From: Octopus vulgaris
Taxonomy: Eukaryota
NCBI GenBank assembly: GCA_951406725.2
Contig: OX597835.1
Coordinates: 18,228,001-18,292,000 of the forward strand
DNA length: 64,000 nucleotides
Reading direction: 5' to 3'
Position numbers and translations under genes: made by a program. Positions within the stretch are counted from its first letter, which is position 1, and each line of letters starts with the position of its first letter. Under the pieces are notes generated by a model. That model ran no database searches. It had not been told where the DNA came from and saw only the letters and a list, made by a program, of their open reading frames with translations. This document shows, in pieces, positions 1 through 13,058 of the stretch.

Positions 1-127
1 GCCCCCTTTCGAAAATTCACTTCGATGGGTTTTTTTTACTTATTTTGGCTGCTTCGGGGTACGAGCCGAAACTTTGTTTTTCAGCATACAATTAAAACGT
101 GAATTCTGAATGCATTTTTCTGCTAGC

Positions 128-316
128 ATGTATGTATGTATGTATGTATGTATGTATGTATGTATGTATGTATGTATGTATGTATGTATGTATGTATGTA
201 TATATATGTATGTATGTATGTATGTATGCATGCATGCATGCATGCATGCATGTATGTATGTATGTACGTATATATATATATGTATGTATGTATATGTGTG
301 TACACATATGTGTATG

Positions 317-353
<37 letters not shown>

Positions 354-378
354 ATATGTGTGTACACATATGTGTATG

Positions 379-413
<35 letters not shown>

Positions 414-592
414 ATGTGTGTACACATATGTGTATGTATATATATATATATATATATACATATATGCGGTACCTTACAACTCCACTTTGTGATATATATA
501 TATACATACACATATGTGTACACACATACATATATATATATACATACATACATACATACATGCATGCATATGTATATATGTATAGAAGAATT
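128..592. repeat. Compound microsatellite (TATG)n/(CATG)n/(TA)n with a ~60-bp higher-order unit
   Basis: Direct reading; the unit 'tatatatgtatgtatgtatatgtgtgtacacatatgtgtatg' recurs about 3 times at 270-460. Confidence 0.95.
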
Positions 593-1299
593 TGTTTTTG
601 AGAATTCACATCAATTTGTAACACGTTTAGTAGTTTTTACATAGATTTATTCACATACCTAGCAGACTAGGAAACTAGTTTCAACAATTTTTTGTATATC
701 AATGGTAGAAATGTATATAAAACAATGGGATTTTAACAGATTTTAAAATTAGGAAGTAGAAATTCAACACACATGTGTAAACAATCAAATGTTCACATAC
801 AATTCAATGAAAGTTAATGTTCAGCGAAGAATATAATAAATGTACATTACTCACAGTTCAGTCATAATGAGTTTTTATGGAATACGTGGACAAGAGAGAA
901 AAAAAGAAAAGGAGTTAAGAAGGGTGTTTTTACAGTTTTTAAAGTCTTCGTCACCTTGCGTGTAGATCTTCGTTCTGTCGCGTACTGCTAAGTTCGCTTT
1001 TAACAGAATTTTGGGGGAATCAGTTATTTTGATGAAGGAACTGTGTTTGGTGTTCTGCTTGGTTGACTTCAGCGTCGGGAGTCGGTCAGTAGTCTTTGCC
1101 TAATGGTCATAAACCATTCCGGTTGGTTGATTCTCTTAAGACCTCAGTTACGTAAGTAACTGGTGTTTACGTAGGTAACTGGTGTTTGAGAAGTTGTATG
1201 GTGTTATAGTCTAGTGATTTGGAGTTGGGGTTTCGAAACCCAGGAGGGGCCTTTACTAAAGTTTTCGAATTAGATCTGTTGTATCTGGCTGTTTATTTT

Positions 1300-2330
1300 G
1301 TGGAGAAATTGAGTTTGTTTTCTTTCCAGTCTGTTCTTAAAGGATATTTAGCTGCGGTGTATATTTTTTAATGAGCGTGCTTTCCTTATTCAATTTGAAT
1401 TGGGTTGAAGTGTTTCCGGTGCATTGATAAAAAGGGAAGACTTGGTATTTCGGGTTTACGTCTGAGGGGCGTTAATCTAGGAGTTTACTTATGAGAATCT
1501 TCCTGGTCATGGAGTCCCGGATTTTTTGCCTGTGCACCTTCAGTTTGTCTACATAGGTCAAACTAGCTTGACCTCTGTATTCTCCATTACACCCACCACA
1601 TTCGAGGACAGAGATTAACTTCTTTGATGCGCAGCTGAAGTGATTTTTTTATGGTAAACGTTTGAACTGACTTCAATTTATATGTTGAGCCCTCCAAGCG
1701 GTACATGCAAATCCCGTAGTTGGGGCGGTTGCAGTTTTTGTCTGGAGGGGTTGTATGCTTTGTGGGTAAGTTGGCACTGGTAAGTAACCTTTTTAGAGAA
1801 TACGGTTGTCTCTTGCTTTTAATAATCCTATGTGTTTCCAGTGTTTTTTTCACTGGTCGTTTATAAGGAGGGAAATGCTTTGATGGATGATGTTGTATGC
1901 TTTAATGTTCATCAAACTTTGTGTTGATACGCAAGACAAAGTTTTTGGTGTGTCATGGGATTTTCTTGTCTTTCGTAACTCTTGGATATTTATCATTTTT
2001 ACACGTTATATTCCATGTTTGATTAAACTAACCAGGTACTTTCTTTCTAGCTATGTGTTTTTCAGTACTTGGCGTCTTTTATCTCGGGTTTCGGGATTTG
2101 ATGCCATCCTGCTAATTCTTATTGCTAAGCTAAAAGGTATATTCATTATAGTATGTTTTGTGTGGCTGGAAGAGAATAGAAGATATTTTCAGAAGTGGAT
2201 GTCGGTTTCAATTTAAATATTTCTTGTTATGATAAAATGTTCTGGAACGGTAGTCGTTTAAAGCTGTATTCCATTGTAAATGGAATACAGGCGGGCACTG
2301 CACTAGCTACTCATTAAACCGAATATACAT
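1300..2330 (-). mobile_element. Degraded Penelope-like element (RT thumb/linker plus GIY-YIG endonuclease remnant)
   Basis: ORF 1587-1853(-) KRQPYSLKRLLTSA...CNRPNYGIC..LEG...FTIK matches the Cys-rich linker preceding the PLE GIY-YIG domain; frameshifted. Confidence 0.7.
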
Positions 2331-2463
2331 TAGTTAAATGACTGTCTCAGTGTAGTCAAGGGATCCCAAGTTAACTTGGATGAAGCGGTTCTGCTACCTA
2401 GGAAACACATATAGCAGCCCACTTATTTAAATACTCCATTCGTTCAGTTTGGATATATATATA

Positions 2464-2693
2464 TTTCTTTACTACCCACAAGGGGCTAAACACAGAGAGG
2501 ACAAACAAGGACAGACAAACGGATGAAGTCGATTACATCGAACCCCGGTGCGTAACTGGTACTTTATTTATCGACCCCTGAAAGGATGGAAGGCAAAGTC
2601 GACCTCGGCGGAATTTGAACTCAGAACGTAACGGCAGACGAAATAAGGCTACGCATTTCGCCCGGCGTGCTAACGTTTCTGCCAGCTCGCCGC
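2464..2693 (-). mobile_element. tRNA-derived SINE family A (Meta-like central domain), tail type a
   Basis: Reverse strand gcggcgagctggcagaaacgttagc...gagttcaaattcc (Pol III A/B boxes), central 'ggggtcgataaataaagtaccag', tail 'agccccttgtgggtagtaaagaaat'; flanked by (TA)n. Confidence 0.9.
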
Positions 2694-2800
2694 ATATATA
2701 TAAATATGTATGTATGTGTGTGTGTGTGTGTGTGTGTGTTTGAGCGTGTGTGTGTGCGCGTGTGTGTTTACGTATGTGTGTGTGCGTGCATGTATGTATA

Positions 2801-2834
<34 letters not shown>

Positions 2835-2835
2835 C

Positions 2836-3520
2836 ACCAGAGAATTAAGATTGCAACAGCTTCAAAACCTACTCCAGGAGAGACACTACTTAAATCAACT
2901 CATAAATGAAGGGATTAAACGTGCAAAATCGATTGACATGAAGACATTAAGGATAATCGAACACAATAACACATCCACCCTGAAAGCACTACCTTATGTC
3001 TTTACATACAACCCCAGAAACAAAGAAGCGTTGTCCAAAATCTCCCAGTTCTCCATAAGTACCCCAGATTTAAAGAAATTCTACGTAACCATAAAATCAT
3101 TACACGCAGTAAACAACCAAATACATTAAAGGAAATCCTCACAAATTCTAAATTATTTTGAAGGATAACGGATGCAAGAGGTAAAATTGTGGCCGTCCCA
3201 AATATTTTGGAAGGATCAGGATTCTATTTTAGACAGGTGTAAATATTCAAATTTAAATCCAGCTTCATATGCGCCTCTGAAAACACCATTTATGTTATCA
3301 AGTGATCTGGCTGCCATAAAACAGAAATGACGATCAGACGGAAATATACGGTCCACAGACAACAGATAACTCCCCACAATATCGCCAGATATATCTCAGT
3401 GAACACAATTCCTAATCTTCCTATTATATTAATTTGATGTCTGGACCACAACACAAGTACGACTAAATAAAGTGACCCCAGTTATCGAAAAAATATACGA
3501 CGGAATTAAATATAAACCCA
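2836..3520 (+). mobile_element. Degraded Penelope-like element (thumb plus GIY-YIG remnant)
   Basis: LQQLQNLLQERHY..LINEGIKRAK...ALPYVFTYNPRN; downstream frames give KQPNTLKEILT, CGRP, FICASENTIYVIK, HRQQI; starts right after (TA)n. Confidence 0.75.
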
Positions 3521-3889
3521 ACTTGAAAATAAAAAGATTTACTCCAACTATTGTAAGAATCAAATGTAGACCAATATAAAAAGAAATACGCATTTACCTC
3601 TCCTTTAGAGTAAAATATTTTGGTACCTAATTATTCCCCGAAGCAAACAAAACATGTAATTCAGAAATTCATCCCAAACTCATAATTTGAAAAGCGATAA
3701 CGAAACCGGTTATTATGTTGTACAATATTGTTTAATACTTTTATTTGCATGATTCTAATATATTCTTTAGCCTTTTAAAACAAATCTTCTGTGTTCTACA
3801 TATTATTTCCTTCCTTAAGATCACCACTACTTTCTTATGTTCACTTCTTCCTAGCTATCCTGTATGGCACCTCCGTCCGGCATTCGCCA

Positions 3890-4038
3890 TCATAGATCGC
3901 TAGTCATTACACATTCTTTATTTTCTCTGCCTGTTTCTTTGTGTGTTCCTTTCTGTGGAAAAGAGTACTCTTGAAACGTTAAAGAGTTTTTCACTTCCCG
4001 AGCGTTAAACTAATACATCTGTTTGTTGCCTACACCAC

Positions 4039-4041
<3 letters not shown>
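3890..4041 (+). repeat. Penelope-terminal-like short repeat, family P1 (hammerhead-like module)
   Basis: Homologous to 16115-16300(+) and 38917-39102(-); all abut (TA)n. Confidence 0.65.
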
Positions 4042-4092
<51 letters not shown>

Positions 4093-4366
4093 TAAATATA
4101 ACATATATGTACATGTGTGTGTGTCTATTTGTGTGCGTGTGTCTGAGCTTTTATTTATATCGAACCAAGACGAAAATATTCTATCGACGCGAATTACCAA
4201 GAGGCTTAAAACACCTTGTAGGTTTCAACTTGATAGCTAGATAGATAAATGAACAAATAGATTGATAGATGGAGAAATATTTAACTATACATATATATAT
4301 ATATTTATACGTGAATATATAACATATAACTCTTTTGTGTGTGTTTTTTGCATGTACGTGTGTCTT

Positions 4367-4425
<59 letters not shown>

Positions 4426-4429
4426 CTAT

Positions 4430-4490
<61 letters not shown>

Positions 4491-4771
4491 TGTATGTGTG
4501 TGTGTGTATATATATACATCTATGTATGTATATGTAGGTAAGTAGGTTTTCACACCGATATTGTGTAAGACGTTAAGGGCAGAAACAATATCCTAAGGTA
4601 GATTTTTGCAATTCACTTCTCATATATACATACATACACACATATATACACACATACATACATATATAGATATATATGTTTGCGTGCCTTCAGATGTGTT
4701 TATACCACCTTACGGCAATTATGCTGGCGGCTGGGGAATGTTCATCACTGTATTAAATGTTAAAAGCAGCA

Positions 4772-5128
4772 ATATTGTGTCGCCAATATTAGAATCGCTT
4801 AATTCATATCACCATTCACATAAATATTGTGGCTGATAAACTCTAGTAGGCGGGGCCCCACTATAACTGAAGAAAATTGCTTGAGGCCACTAATACAAAA
4901 ACCATATAAATATGTGCATCTAGACACTGACACATACTCAAGCACAAACAATTATTTGAAGTTTTATATTTTAGGACCAAAAATAAAACATGTGATCGAA
5001 CCATGGAACCAGCTTTACTTCTATCCTGTCTTATATGTTGTTGGAATTATTGCATTCTTAAAATACAGTTTTACCTGAATTCCGATGTTCTTATGAATTG
5101 AACAATTCTAATATTGGCGACACAATAT
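4772..5128. mobile_element. MITE with ~37-bp TIRs, probably Tc1/mariner type (TA ends)
   Basis: Left atattgtgtcgccaatattagaatcgcttaattcata vs reverse complement of right atattgtgtcgccaatattagaattgttcaattcata. Confidence 0.75.
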
Positions 5129-5527
5129 ATACATCCTTTATAGAATTGCCTTAGGCAAGTGTTATCCAAATTTGAATTTCTTATTGATTATCGATTTAAT
5201 ATTCTTTGTAATTATTACTGAACGTTCAAATGAATACACATCTATATCAGATTTAGGCAAAGAAAAATAATGTTTAAATGGATTATTTTATTAAATGACA
5301 TGTTTTGTAGATATACCGACAGAAGTCACTCGGGTTTATGAGATTCCATTCCATTACCCGATTAAGGAGGCTTCTTGCTCTTGAAACATTTCCAATAACA
5401 ATAACGTATATATCTGTGTCTTTAGTCGCCTATCTATGTGCATGTACGTATGTGTGTGTACGTGAGCGTGCGCTTGTATGTGTGCATGTATGTGTGTATG
5501 TATGTATGTAGGTGTATATACATACAT

Positions 5528-5910
5528 GGAGGCGCAATGGCCCAGTGGTTAGGGCAGCGGACTCGTGGTCATACGATCGCGGTTTCGATTCCCAGACCGG
5601 GCGTTGTGAGTGTTTATTGAGCGAAAACACCTAAACAAAGCTCCACGAGGCTCCTGCAGGGGGTCGTGGTGATCCCTGCTGTACTCTTTCACCACAACTT
5701 TTTCTCACTCTTACTCCCTGTTTCTGTTGTATCTGTATTTCAAAAGGGCCGGCCTTGTCACTTTCTGTGTCACGCTGCATATCCCCGAGAACTACGTTAA
5801 GGGTACACGTGTTTGTGGAGTGCTCAGTCACTTACACGTTAATTTCACGAGCAGGCTGTTCCGTTGATCGGATCAACTGGAACCCTCATCGTCGTAACCG
5901 ACGGAGTGCT
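5528..5910 (+). mobile_element. tRNA(Arg-like)-derived SINE family C, full length
   Basis: A box tggcccagtgg, B box ggtttcgattccc; 3' module ...gagaactacgttaagggtacacg...gtcgtaaccgacggagtgc; homologous to 61800-62140. Confidence 0.9.
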
Positions 5911-5936
5911 TCCCCCCGCCTAATCTACATACAATT

Positions 5937-6330
5937 CAGGAGTGGTTGTGTGGAAAGAAGTTTGCATCCAAACCGCATAAATCCGGGTTCAGTCATGGTG
6001 CGTGGCAGCTTGGGCAAGTATTCTCTACTTTGGGCCCCGGCCGAACAAAGCATTGTGAGTAGATTTGCCAGGCGGAAACTGAAAGAAGTCCGCCATATAT
6101 ATTTATGTTTATATGTGTATATTTGTAGGTGTGTATTCCCCACCAATATCCGACAAACGGTCTTGGTGTGTTTTCGTCTCCGTAGATGAGCTTTAAAATG
6201 AGCGATAAAATATGCACGTGGCTTTGAAAGATCAAGTTATGTGGTCGACACATTCGACTAAATGTAATTCAATTTATTGCCCTGGCATGGCCACAGTCTC
6301 ATGACTGAAATGAATACAAGAGGTGAAAGA
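5937..6330 (+). mobile_element. SINE family B, diverged copy
   Basis: caggagtggttgtgtgg...ttgggcaagt...ggaaactgaaagaag...atgactgaaa. Confidence 0.85.
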
Positions 6331-6338
6331 GCGCTTAA

Positions 6339-6417
<79 letters not shown>

Positions 6418-6494
6418 AAAAATGTTGAAACGCGGAAGATGTTTGTCAGCCATTAAGGAACACACGAAAATCCATTAGATTTACTTCAACATTT

Positions 6495-6883
6495 ACCAAC
6501 CACATGGTTCCGGGTTCAGTCCCACTGCGTGGCACCTTGGGAAAGTGTCTTCTACTATAGCCTCGGGCCGACCAAAGCCTTGTGAGTGGATTTGGTAGAC
6601 GGAAACTGAAAGAAGCCCGTCGTATATATGTATACATATATATATGCGTGTGTGTGTTTGTGTGTCTGTGTTTGGCCCCTAGCATTGCTCGACAACCGAT
6701 GCTGGTGTGTTTATGTCCCTGTTACTTAGCGGTTCGGCAAAAGAGACCGGTAGAATAAGTACTGGGCTTACAAAAGAATAAGTCCCGGGGTCGAGTTGCT
6801 CGATTAAAGGCGGTGCTCCAGCATGGCCGCAGTCAAATGACTGAAACAAGTAAAAGAGTAAAAGAGTAAAAGAGTAAAAGAGT
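6495..6883 (+). mobile_element. SINE family B, 5'-truncated, with internal (TA)(TG) microsatellite and (GTAAAAGA)n tail
   Basis: Near-identical to 12636-13058 and 36687-37095. Confidence 0.92.
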
Positions 6884-7380
6884 ATTTAAATTTAATTTGT
6901 GTCAAAATAACTTCGCTTTGAAACTGCGACATGTTCACTGACAAAACTTTGTGCTGCATCATACATAAACACACACACATACACACACAGACGCACACAC
7001 ATATATTATCTATCGCCCATATATATATATTGTCTATCGTCAGTGCAAGATGGCCGTTCAGTGTACAGAGGGAGGTGCTTCCAATTTTAATGATAATTGT
7101 AGAAGTAGTAATCGCAGTAACGTGAAATGACGAGCCCTTCCGTTGTTTTTTTTTTAAGAAATTCAAGTTTATAAAACATTAAAGACGATGGAATGGTAAA
7201 AAAAAAGCGCCCTAAAGAATTGCTAAAACATTTAAAGATGTAGAACGTGCAAAGTAGATTGTGAAACATGGTGAACAGCAAAGTAAAGCACACAATTACT
7301 ATAATAATTTCGCCGCAAATGTTGTGGGGTAACAAAAGTAGCTTTTCTTTAAAATTTTAAAACAGCTGAATAAAACTAAG

Positions 7381-7427
<47 letters not shown>

Positions 7428-8357
7428 AACAAGCGCGCACACACACAAATACGCAAACACATATTCCCAAGCACATATACATGCATGCATGCATATATTA
7501 AATGTTTACAGGTAACATCAACATTTTAATTTAGATGCACGTGATTTGGCTTGTACCAAGTTGTCATAAATTTCCCCGGTAAAACTTTCTTGTTGCACGT
7601 AATGACTGCCATAAGCGTGTAAGGTTTTGCGAGGGAAAACGTGAGTTTTACTGGAATGTATTCATTTGTTGTGAAAGATCTTATCGTAAGTAAGGATTAT
7701 TAGATCGTCACTACTTCTTCTTTAGTAACAATACATAAGTTTGTAGAAAATATGAAGCTGAAAATATCATTCCCGTGAAAGGAAAATTTCTTAAATATTA
7801 TTTCATTGTCTGTATCAATGTCTGGAGTCAGGATAATGGAGACCGGAAAGCGATCAGGGGCCAGTGGTATTAATAGTCAAAGATGGCATTTTCCAGTTGG
7901 GGAAGGTAAAATTTATTATGACGGATATATCTGGTGAATATCTCTTTCCTCAATTAAGTAACTGTAATTTTATTGTAATTTTTCATTTGAGTAGAATATG
8001 TTCCTTCTACTATACAGGGACATAAACTGTCTGATCTGTCTGTAGAAGGTGTTGCGATATCGAGGCCTCCTTTTTATGACCTAAGAAAATCACTCGTGAT
8101 TATGCTCTCATTCATGACTTCATCTGTAAACATATATCCATGCAAATGTTTAGAGCATCCGTCTGGTTTGGCGTGTTTTCAGATCACTTCAGCTTCGTAA
8201 ACTTTCTACTTGACAAGATTCATTATTTCTATGTTTTCCTATAAAAGTGCAGACAAGATAATATGTATCTAATTAACAAACGTGACAGTGAAGCATCTAA
8301 ACACCTCAGATGCAAACGTGGAGAAGATAATACTTGTGATCAACAGCTATAGAACAT

Positions 8358-8566
8358 TCTTCTTCTTCTTCTTCTTCTTCTTCTTCTTCTTCTTCTTCGT
8401 TTTCTTCTTCTTTTTCTTCTTCGTTTTCTCCTTCTTCTTCTTCTTCTTCTTCTTCTTCTTCGTTTTCTCCTTCTTCTTCTTCTTCTTCTTCTTCTTCTTC
8501 TTCGTCTTCTTCTTCTTCTTCTTCTTCTTCTTCTTCTTCTTCGTCGTCGTCTTCTTCCGCTGCACA

Positions 8567-8639
<73 letters not shown>

Positions 8640-8653
8640 CATTATTATTATTA
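8358..8653. repeat. (TTC)n followed by (TTA)n microsatellites
   Basis: Direct reading. Confidence 0.97.
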
Positions 8654-8815
8654 TTCAGTAGTTTTATTTTTATTACGTGTTTTCACTTCACTACCGAGCG
8701 CAGCTCTGTGTGCCTCGGATATGTGCTGTGGTTTGTTGGGATTCTCTGATGGTTAGTGTATTGAGAGTGTTTTGCGTAGGATGTGTGCAGTGCCCAGTAG
8801 TGCAATTTTATCTAT

Positions 8816-8877
<62 letters not shown>

Positions 8878-9038
8878 CTTAGTCCTGGTGCTTTTGTTAT
8901 GTATTTGTCTGAATATATTTTTTATCACACCTAATACGCCTACTAGTATAGGAATTTTTTCTGTTTTTAGGTTCCACATTCGAGTTACCTCTATTTCCAG
9001 GTCTTTGTATTTTGAAAGTTTCTCCATTTCTTTTATCA
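8654..9038 (-). mobile_element. R4/Dong-clade non-LTR retrotransposon 3' end (RLE endonuclease C-terminus plus 3'UTR), interrupted by (TA)n
   Basis: EKLSKYKDLEIEVTRMWNLKTEKIPILVGVLGVIK...KIALLGTAHILRKTL; 3' end runs into (AAT)n. Confidence 0.85.
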
Positions 9039-9144
9039 TTCTTCTTCTTCTACATCTTTTTCTTCTTCTTCTTCTTCTTCTTCTTCTTCTTCTTCTTCTT
9101 CTTCGTCTTCTTCTTCTTCTTCGTCTTCTTCTTCTTCTTCGTCT

Positions 9145-9247
<103 letters not shown>

Positions 9248-9249
9248 TT

Positions 9250-10242
9250 CTCTTTATCAAGGGCTTTGTTGGAGCTGTCCCCAGCAGAGCAGTTTATTGG
9301 GCTTGCTTTGTTCGCATTGTCAATTCCCATTTCTCTTAGATATTTCTCGAAATTCGTTGTCAGTGTTCCGGGTCCCCCTATAACTACTGGGATGTCAGAC
9401 ACTCTCCTCATAGTCCACATCCTTGCATTTTTGTCTTTTCATAGTCTGTACTTTTCACTCTATTCTAGTTCTTAGTCACTAATGCGTGCATTCCCAGGTA
9501 TTGCAATATCTATAATCATGGTTTCCCTTTTTCCTTTATCTACCACAACATTATCGAGTCTCCGAGCCTCGATAAGGGTGTTACACTGGATTGTCAAATG
9601 CCACAGTATTTTATATACCTTGTTTTCGGTTACTTCTTCTGGTTCCTGTGCGCACCATTTCCGTGCTCTGTTCAGGCCGTACTTTTCACATAGCCTCCAC
9701 TGGACGAACTTAATCACGTTACGGCACATCCTTTTGGCGTGCTTTTGGGCCAACTTGCTACACTCACAATTTGTGAGATTGTTTCGTTTCTGCTGCAATA
9801 CATCCTTCAAAGGTGCGATTCGTTACTTGTATCTGTTTGGAACTTGGTGTAATTAGTACTCAGAGCTTGTTCAAGGGCGCTGCATATCAATGCTTCAGTG
9901 CATCATTTCAGGTCACTTTTTGTTAGTCATCTCTAAGCGTTGGTTGAGTGTTTTCCTTCGATTTCTCTGAGGTATTTTCCATGCCTTGATTTCATTTACC
10001 AATTGTTTATTCTTTCTTCTTCATCTGGCTCCCTAAACGATTGTGGCTGCGTCGCATTTTCGGTAGGCATTTTATTCTGAATTTTAAAAGCGGCAAGCAA
10101 AGATTCACTCTGCTGTGTAATGTACCATCCCAGACTCTTCTTTTCGCTGAAACCACGAATCTTGCATCCTATGCGACCTCTTTCTCCCATGTTACTAAGC
10201 ACATACAGTCTGTCAGTATCGCTTTTGGGGTGTAGTACTTTG
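9250..10242 (-). mobile_element. R4/Dong-clade LINE fragment (post-RT region, zinc knuckle, RLE)
   Basis: LHPKSDTDRLYV; CSKLAQ..WRLCEKYGL..YKILWHLTIQCNTLIEARRLDNVVVDK..IIDIAIPG; MWTMRRV.DIPVVIG. Confidence 0.85.
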
Positions 10243-10289
10243 TTAATTGTTATTGTTGTTGTTATTATTATATTCATATTCACTTAACC

Positions 10290-10790
10290 GATTCGACAGT
10301 TGGAAAAGTAAAAGAATTTTAACATCAGGCTGCAACAAATAGCCTTGGATACCAACATTTTTTCTTGTTGGGTTACAGAAAGTAACCTTACATGCTAAGA
10401 ACCCTCCTAAGCATCTTACCCGTTCCTAATAAAACTGTTTTCTGAAGTTGCACTAAACTGGGTTTTATGCCCATTTCTTCTATCCATCTGTTCAGATCTT
10501 TAAGGATAGTTCCCAGAGCGCCTATAACTACTGGGATACATTTGACCCGTGCCTTCCATAGTCTCTATAATTCAAAGGCTAGGCCCAATGTTTTCTATAG
10601 CTCTCATTAATTTTTTCCATCATTTTGGAACTGTAAAAAGTCAATTATCTGGAACTTTCTATTCTCTCTCTATTACTACTAAATCAGGCCTTGTAGATTT
10701 TATTAAGCTGTCAGTCTGAGTGTTTAAGTCCCACAACATCTTGTATTTCTTACTTTCTAGTACTTTACTATGTTCATGTTCAATCTTTCT
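10290..10790 (-). mobile_element. Third R4/Dong-clade RLE fragment
   Basis: KVLESKKYKMLWDLNTQTDSLIKSTRPDLVVI; downstream IPVVIGALGTI and VLRRVL-like sequence. Confidence 0.8.
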
Positions 10791-10791
10791 A

Positions 10792-10809
10792 ATTATTATT
10801 ATCATCATC

Positions 10810-10889
<80 letters not shown>

Positions 10890-10915
10890 TATTATCATTA
10901 TTATTATCATCATTA

Positions 10916-10971
<56 letters not shown>

Positions 10972-11157
10972 GTTATTATTATTATTATTATTATTTTTAT
11001 TTTTATTCATATCATCACCACTATCACCAGCTTGACCAGCCTCGTTACTACTGCTGCTACTACTACTACTACAACTACTACTGCTAGTAGTAGTAGTAGT
11101 AACGGGTAGTAGTAGTTGTAGTAACGAGTAGGAATAGTAGTAGTAGTAGTAGTAGTT

Positions 11158-11204
<47 letters not shown>
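10792..11204. repeat. (TTA)n/(CAT)n/(TAG)n trinucleotide microsatellite block
   Basis: Direct reading. Confidence 0.95.
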
Positions 11205-11205
<1 letters not shown>

Positions 11206-11229
11206 CATAATTGCTTATTAAATAAAGAA

Positions 11230-11900
11230 ACAGAGCTTAGAGAATTGCTCCAAAACGCAAGCACCAATGAACTAGACATATTAGAACAAACACACCTAAA
11301 AAAAAGAGAAAAAAATTAGGAAGAAACATTATTGACGCATGATATTAATACTTAAGCAGTGCTAAATGCTAAAAAAGCAAAATAATAATAAAATAAATAA
11401 ATACATAATAGGTAATAGGTATCGATACTCTAGCTGTCCCTGTAATAATTTATATGTATAATATTCTCAATTGGACGCTAAGTGAATTAGAACGACTAGA
11501 CAGGGAAAATAGGAATTATAATTACTGCATTCAGAATACACCAGAATGTGACACATAAATATTATTGATACCATGAAACTACAGAAAGTTATGTGGATTT
11601 ATGCATCAAGAGAACTATTATATGATTTTCGCTGTAGGACTACGAAAATATCTTGGAAAGAATAATGGAAGATTAATGCGAATTGTTTCCAGAAGCACAA
11701 AGGAAACATAAGAAACATAAGAAAACTGTTTTCTGTTTTCGATGAAGATAGCACATTTGAAAAGAGTGGCTGAATTGGTGTGGTGCTGTAGCAAGACGTA
11801 TGTGGAATCAAATGATGTATTTCGTTAAGAAAATATTTATGAAAAAAAAGAGAAAATGTTAGTAGAAATAAGACAAAATGTTGCGATAAGACGATGACAA
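11230..11900 (+). mobile_element. Degraded R4/Dong-like RT C-terminal fragment
   Basis: Translates in pieces to IDTLAVPVIIY...LNWTLSELERLDRE.R, a motif typical of this clade. Confidence 0.6.
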
Positions 11901-11932
11901 GTAAAGCTTAGAAATGCCCAGAATTTGTTTGG

Positions 11933-12353
11933 GGATCTTTTCGGTTTGAACGGCAGTTTTTAACATAATTTCTAGGTAACTAAAAAATTTTGAACTTCGT
12001 ATACTGGTAGAATGTGTTTATAAAACATCTTTTGCTCTTGGCTTTATTGAGAAAATTCTATAATTTGTAAGATATTTGTTGTTTTTTTCTTCAATTTCTG
12101 CAATTTCAACCAATCAAATACGTCTATTGAGGTAAAAAAAAACCCAACATTCTGTGCCGTATGAATATGTCCCTCGTTTAAGAAACACATTGGGTTTATT
12201 TACATTTGGAAAGAAAAAAGATACCCTTCCCAACACCCCTAACCCTAACCCTAAAACAGATTGAAATGCAAAAAATCGATACTAGGGTCATAATTATGGG
12301 TGACAATTTCATATGACACCGCTAGAAAAATGCCTTTCAAACCGAAAAGATCC
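11933..12353. mobile_element. MITE with ~28-bp TIRs (GG...CC ends), near-perfect 8-bp TSD and internal (CCCTAA)3
   Basis: Left ggatcttttcggtttgaacggcagttttt vs reverse complement of right ggatcttttcggtttgaaaggcattttt; flanks ttgtttgg / ttgttttg. Confidence 0.85.
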
Positions 12354-12635
12354 TTGTTTTGTAATAAGGAAGTCGAGAAAGCACGTAGGATGAAGGACTG
12401 TGACGAAAAAAAAAATGAAAACGAAAGGAATAAAATTACTTTAGACTTGTGGGATTTCTGGTCACAAGAAAGAGGAAAACAATGGAATGGAAGAAAGTTC
12501 TAATATCTGGCCGTTCGAAGACAATCAGCACCAACCAAAATAGTATTTGGATTAAGACGCTTAGTTTCGAGTCTGGCGTGACGGCATACAGTGGTGTGCA
12601 ACTATTAGGTAACACCGAGCAGGGTGAAGTGTATA

Positions 12636-12806
12636 GGCGCAGGAGTGACTGTGTGGTAAGTAGATTGCTTACCAGCCACATGGTTCCGGGTTCAGTCCCA
12701 CTGCGTGGTCCCTTGGGCAAGTGTCTTCTATTATAGCCTCAAGTTAACCAAAGCATTGTGAGTGGATTCGGTAGACGGAAACTGAAAGAAGCCCGTCGTA
12801 TATATG

Positions 12807-12838
<32 letters not shown>

Positions 12839-13058
12839 CGTGTATGTTTGTGTGTCTGTGTTTGTCCCCCTAGCATTTCTTGACAACCGATGCTGGTGTG
12901 TTTATGTCCCCGTCACTTAGCGGTGGTTCGGCAAAAGAATAAGTACTGGGCTTACAAAAGAATAAGTCCCGGTGTCGAGTTTCTCGATTAAAGGCGGTGC
13001 TCCAGCATGGCCGCAGTCAAATGACTGAAACGAGTAAAAGAGTAAAAGAGTAAAAGAG
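12636..13058 (+). mobile_element. SINE family B, full length
   Basis: ggcgcaggagtgactgtgtgg head, ggttcagtccc B-box-like motif, ccttgggcaagtg CORE-like motif, internal microsatellite, gagtaaaa tail. Confidence 0.93.

Noticed and set aside
5528-5600. tRNA genes (also 52950, 54382, 53960-54035)
   Set aside because: tRNA-like heads run directly into SINE bodies and lack a proper acceptor stem and terminator.
7500-8280. Possible host exons in non-repetitive stretches (also 13100-14000, 45800-46400, 49400-50000, 50600-51600, 60150-60900)
   Set aside because: No sustained ORF; only faint LINE-like motifs, too degraded to call by eye. Small exons cannot be excluded without RNA data.
12237-12254. 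Telomere or chromosome-fusion relic
   Set aside because: Only three hexamers, and they lie inside a MITE.
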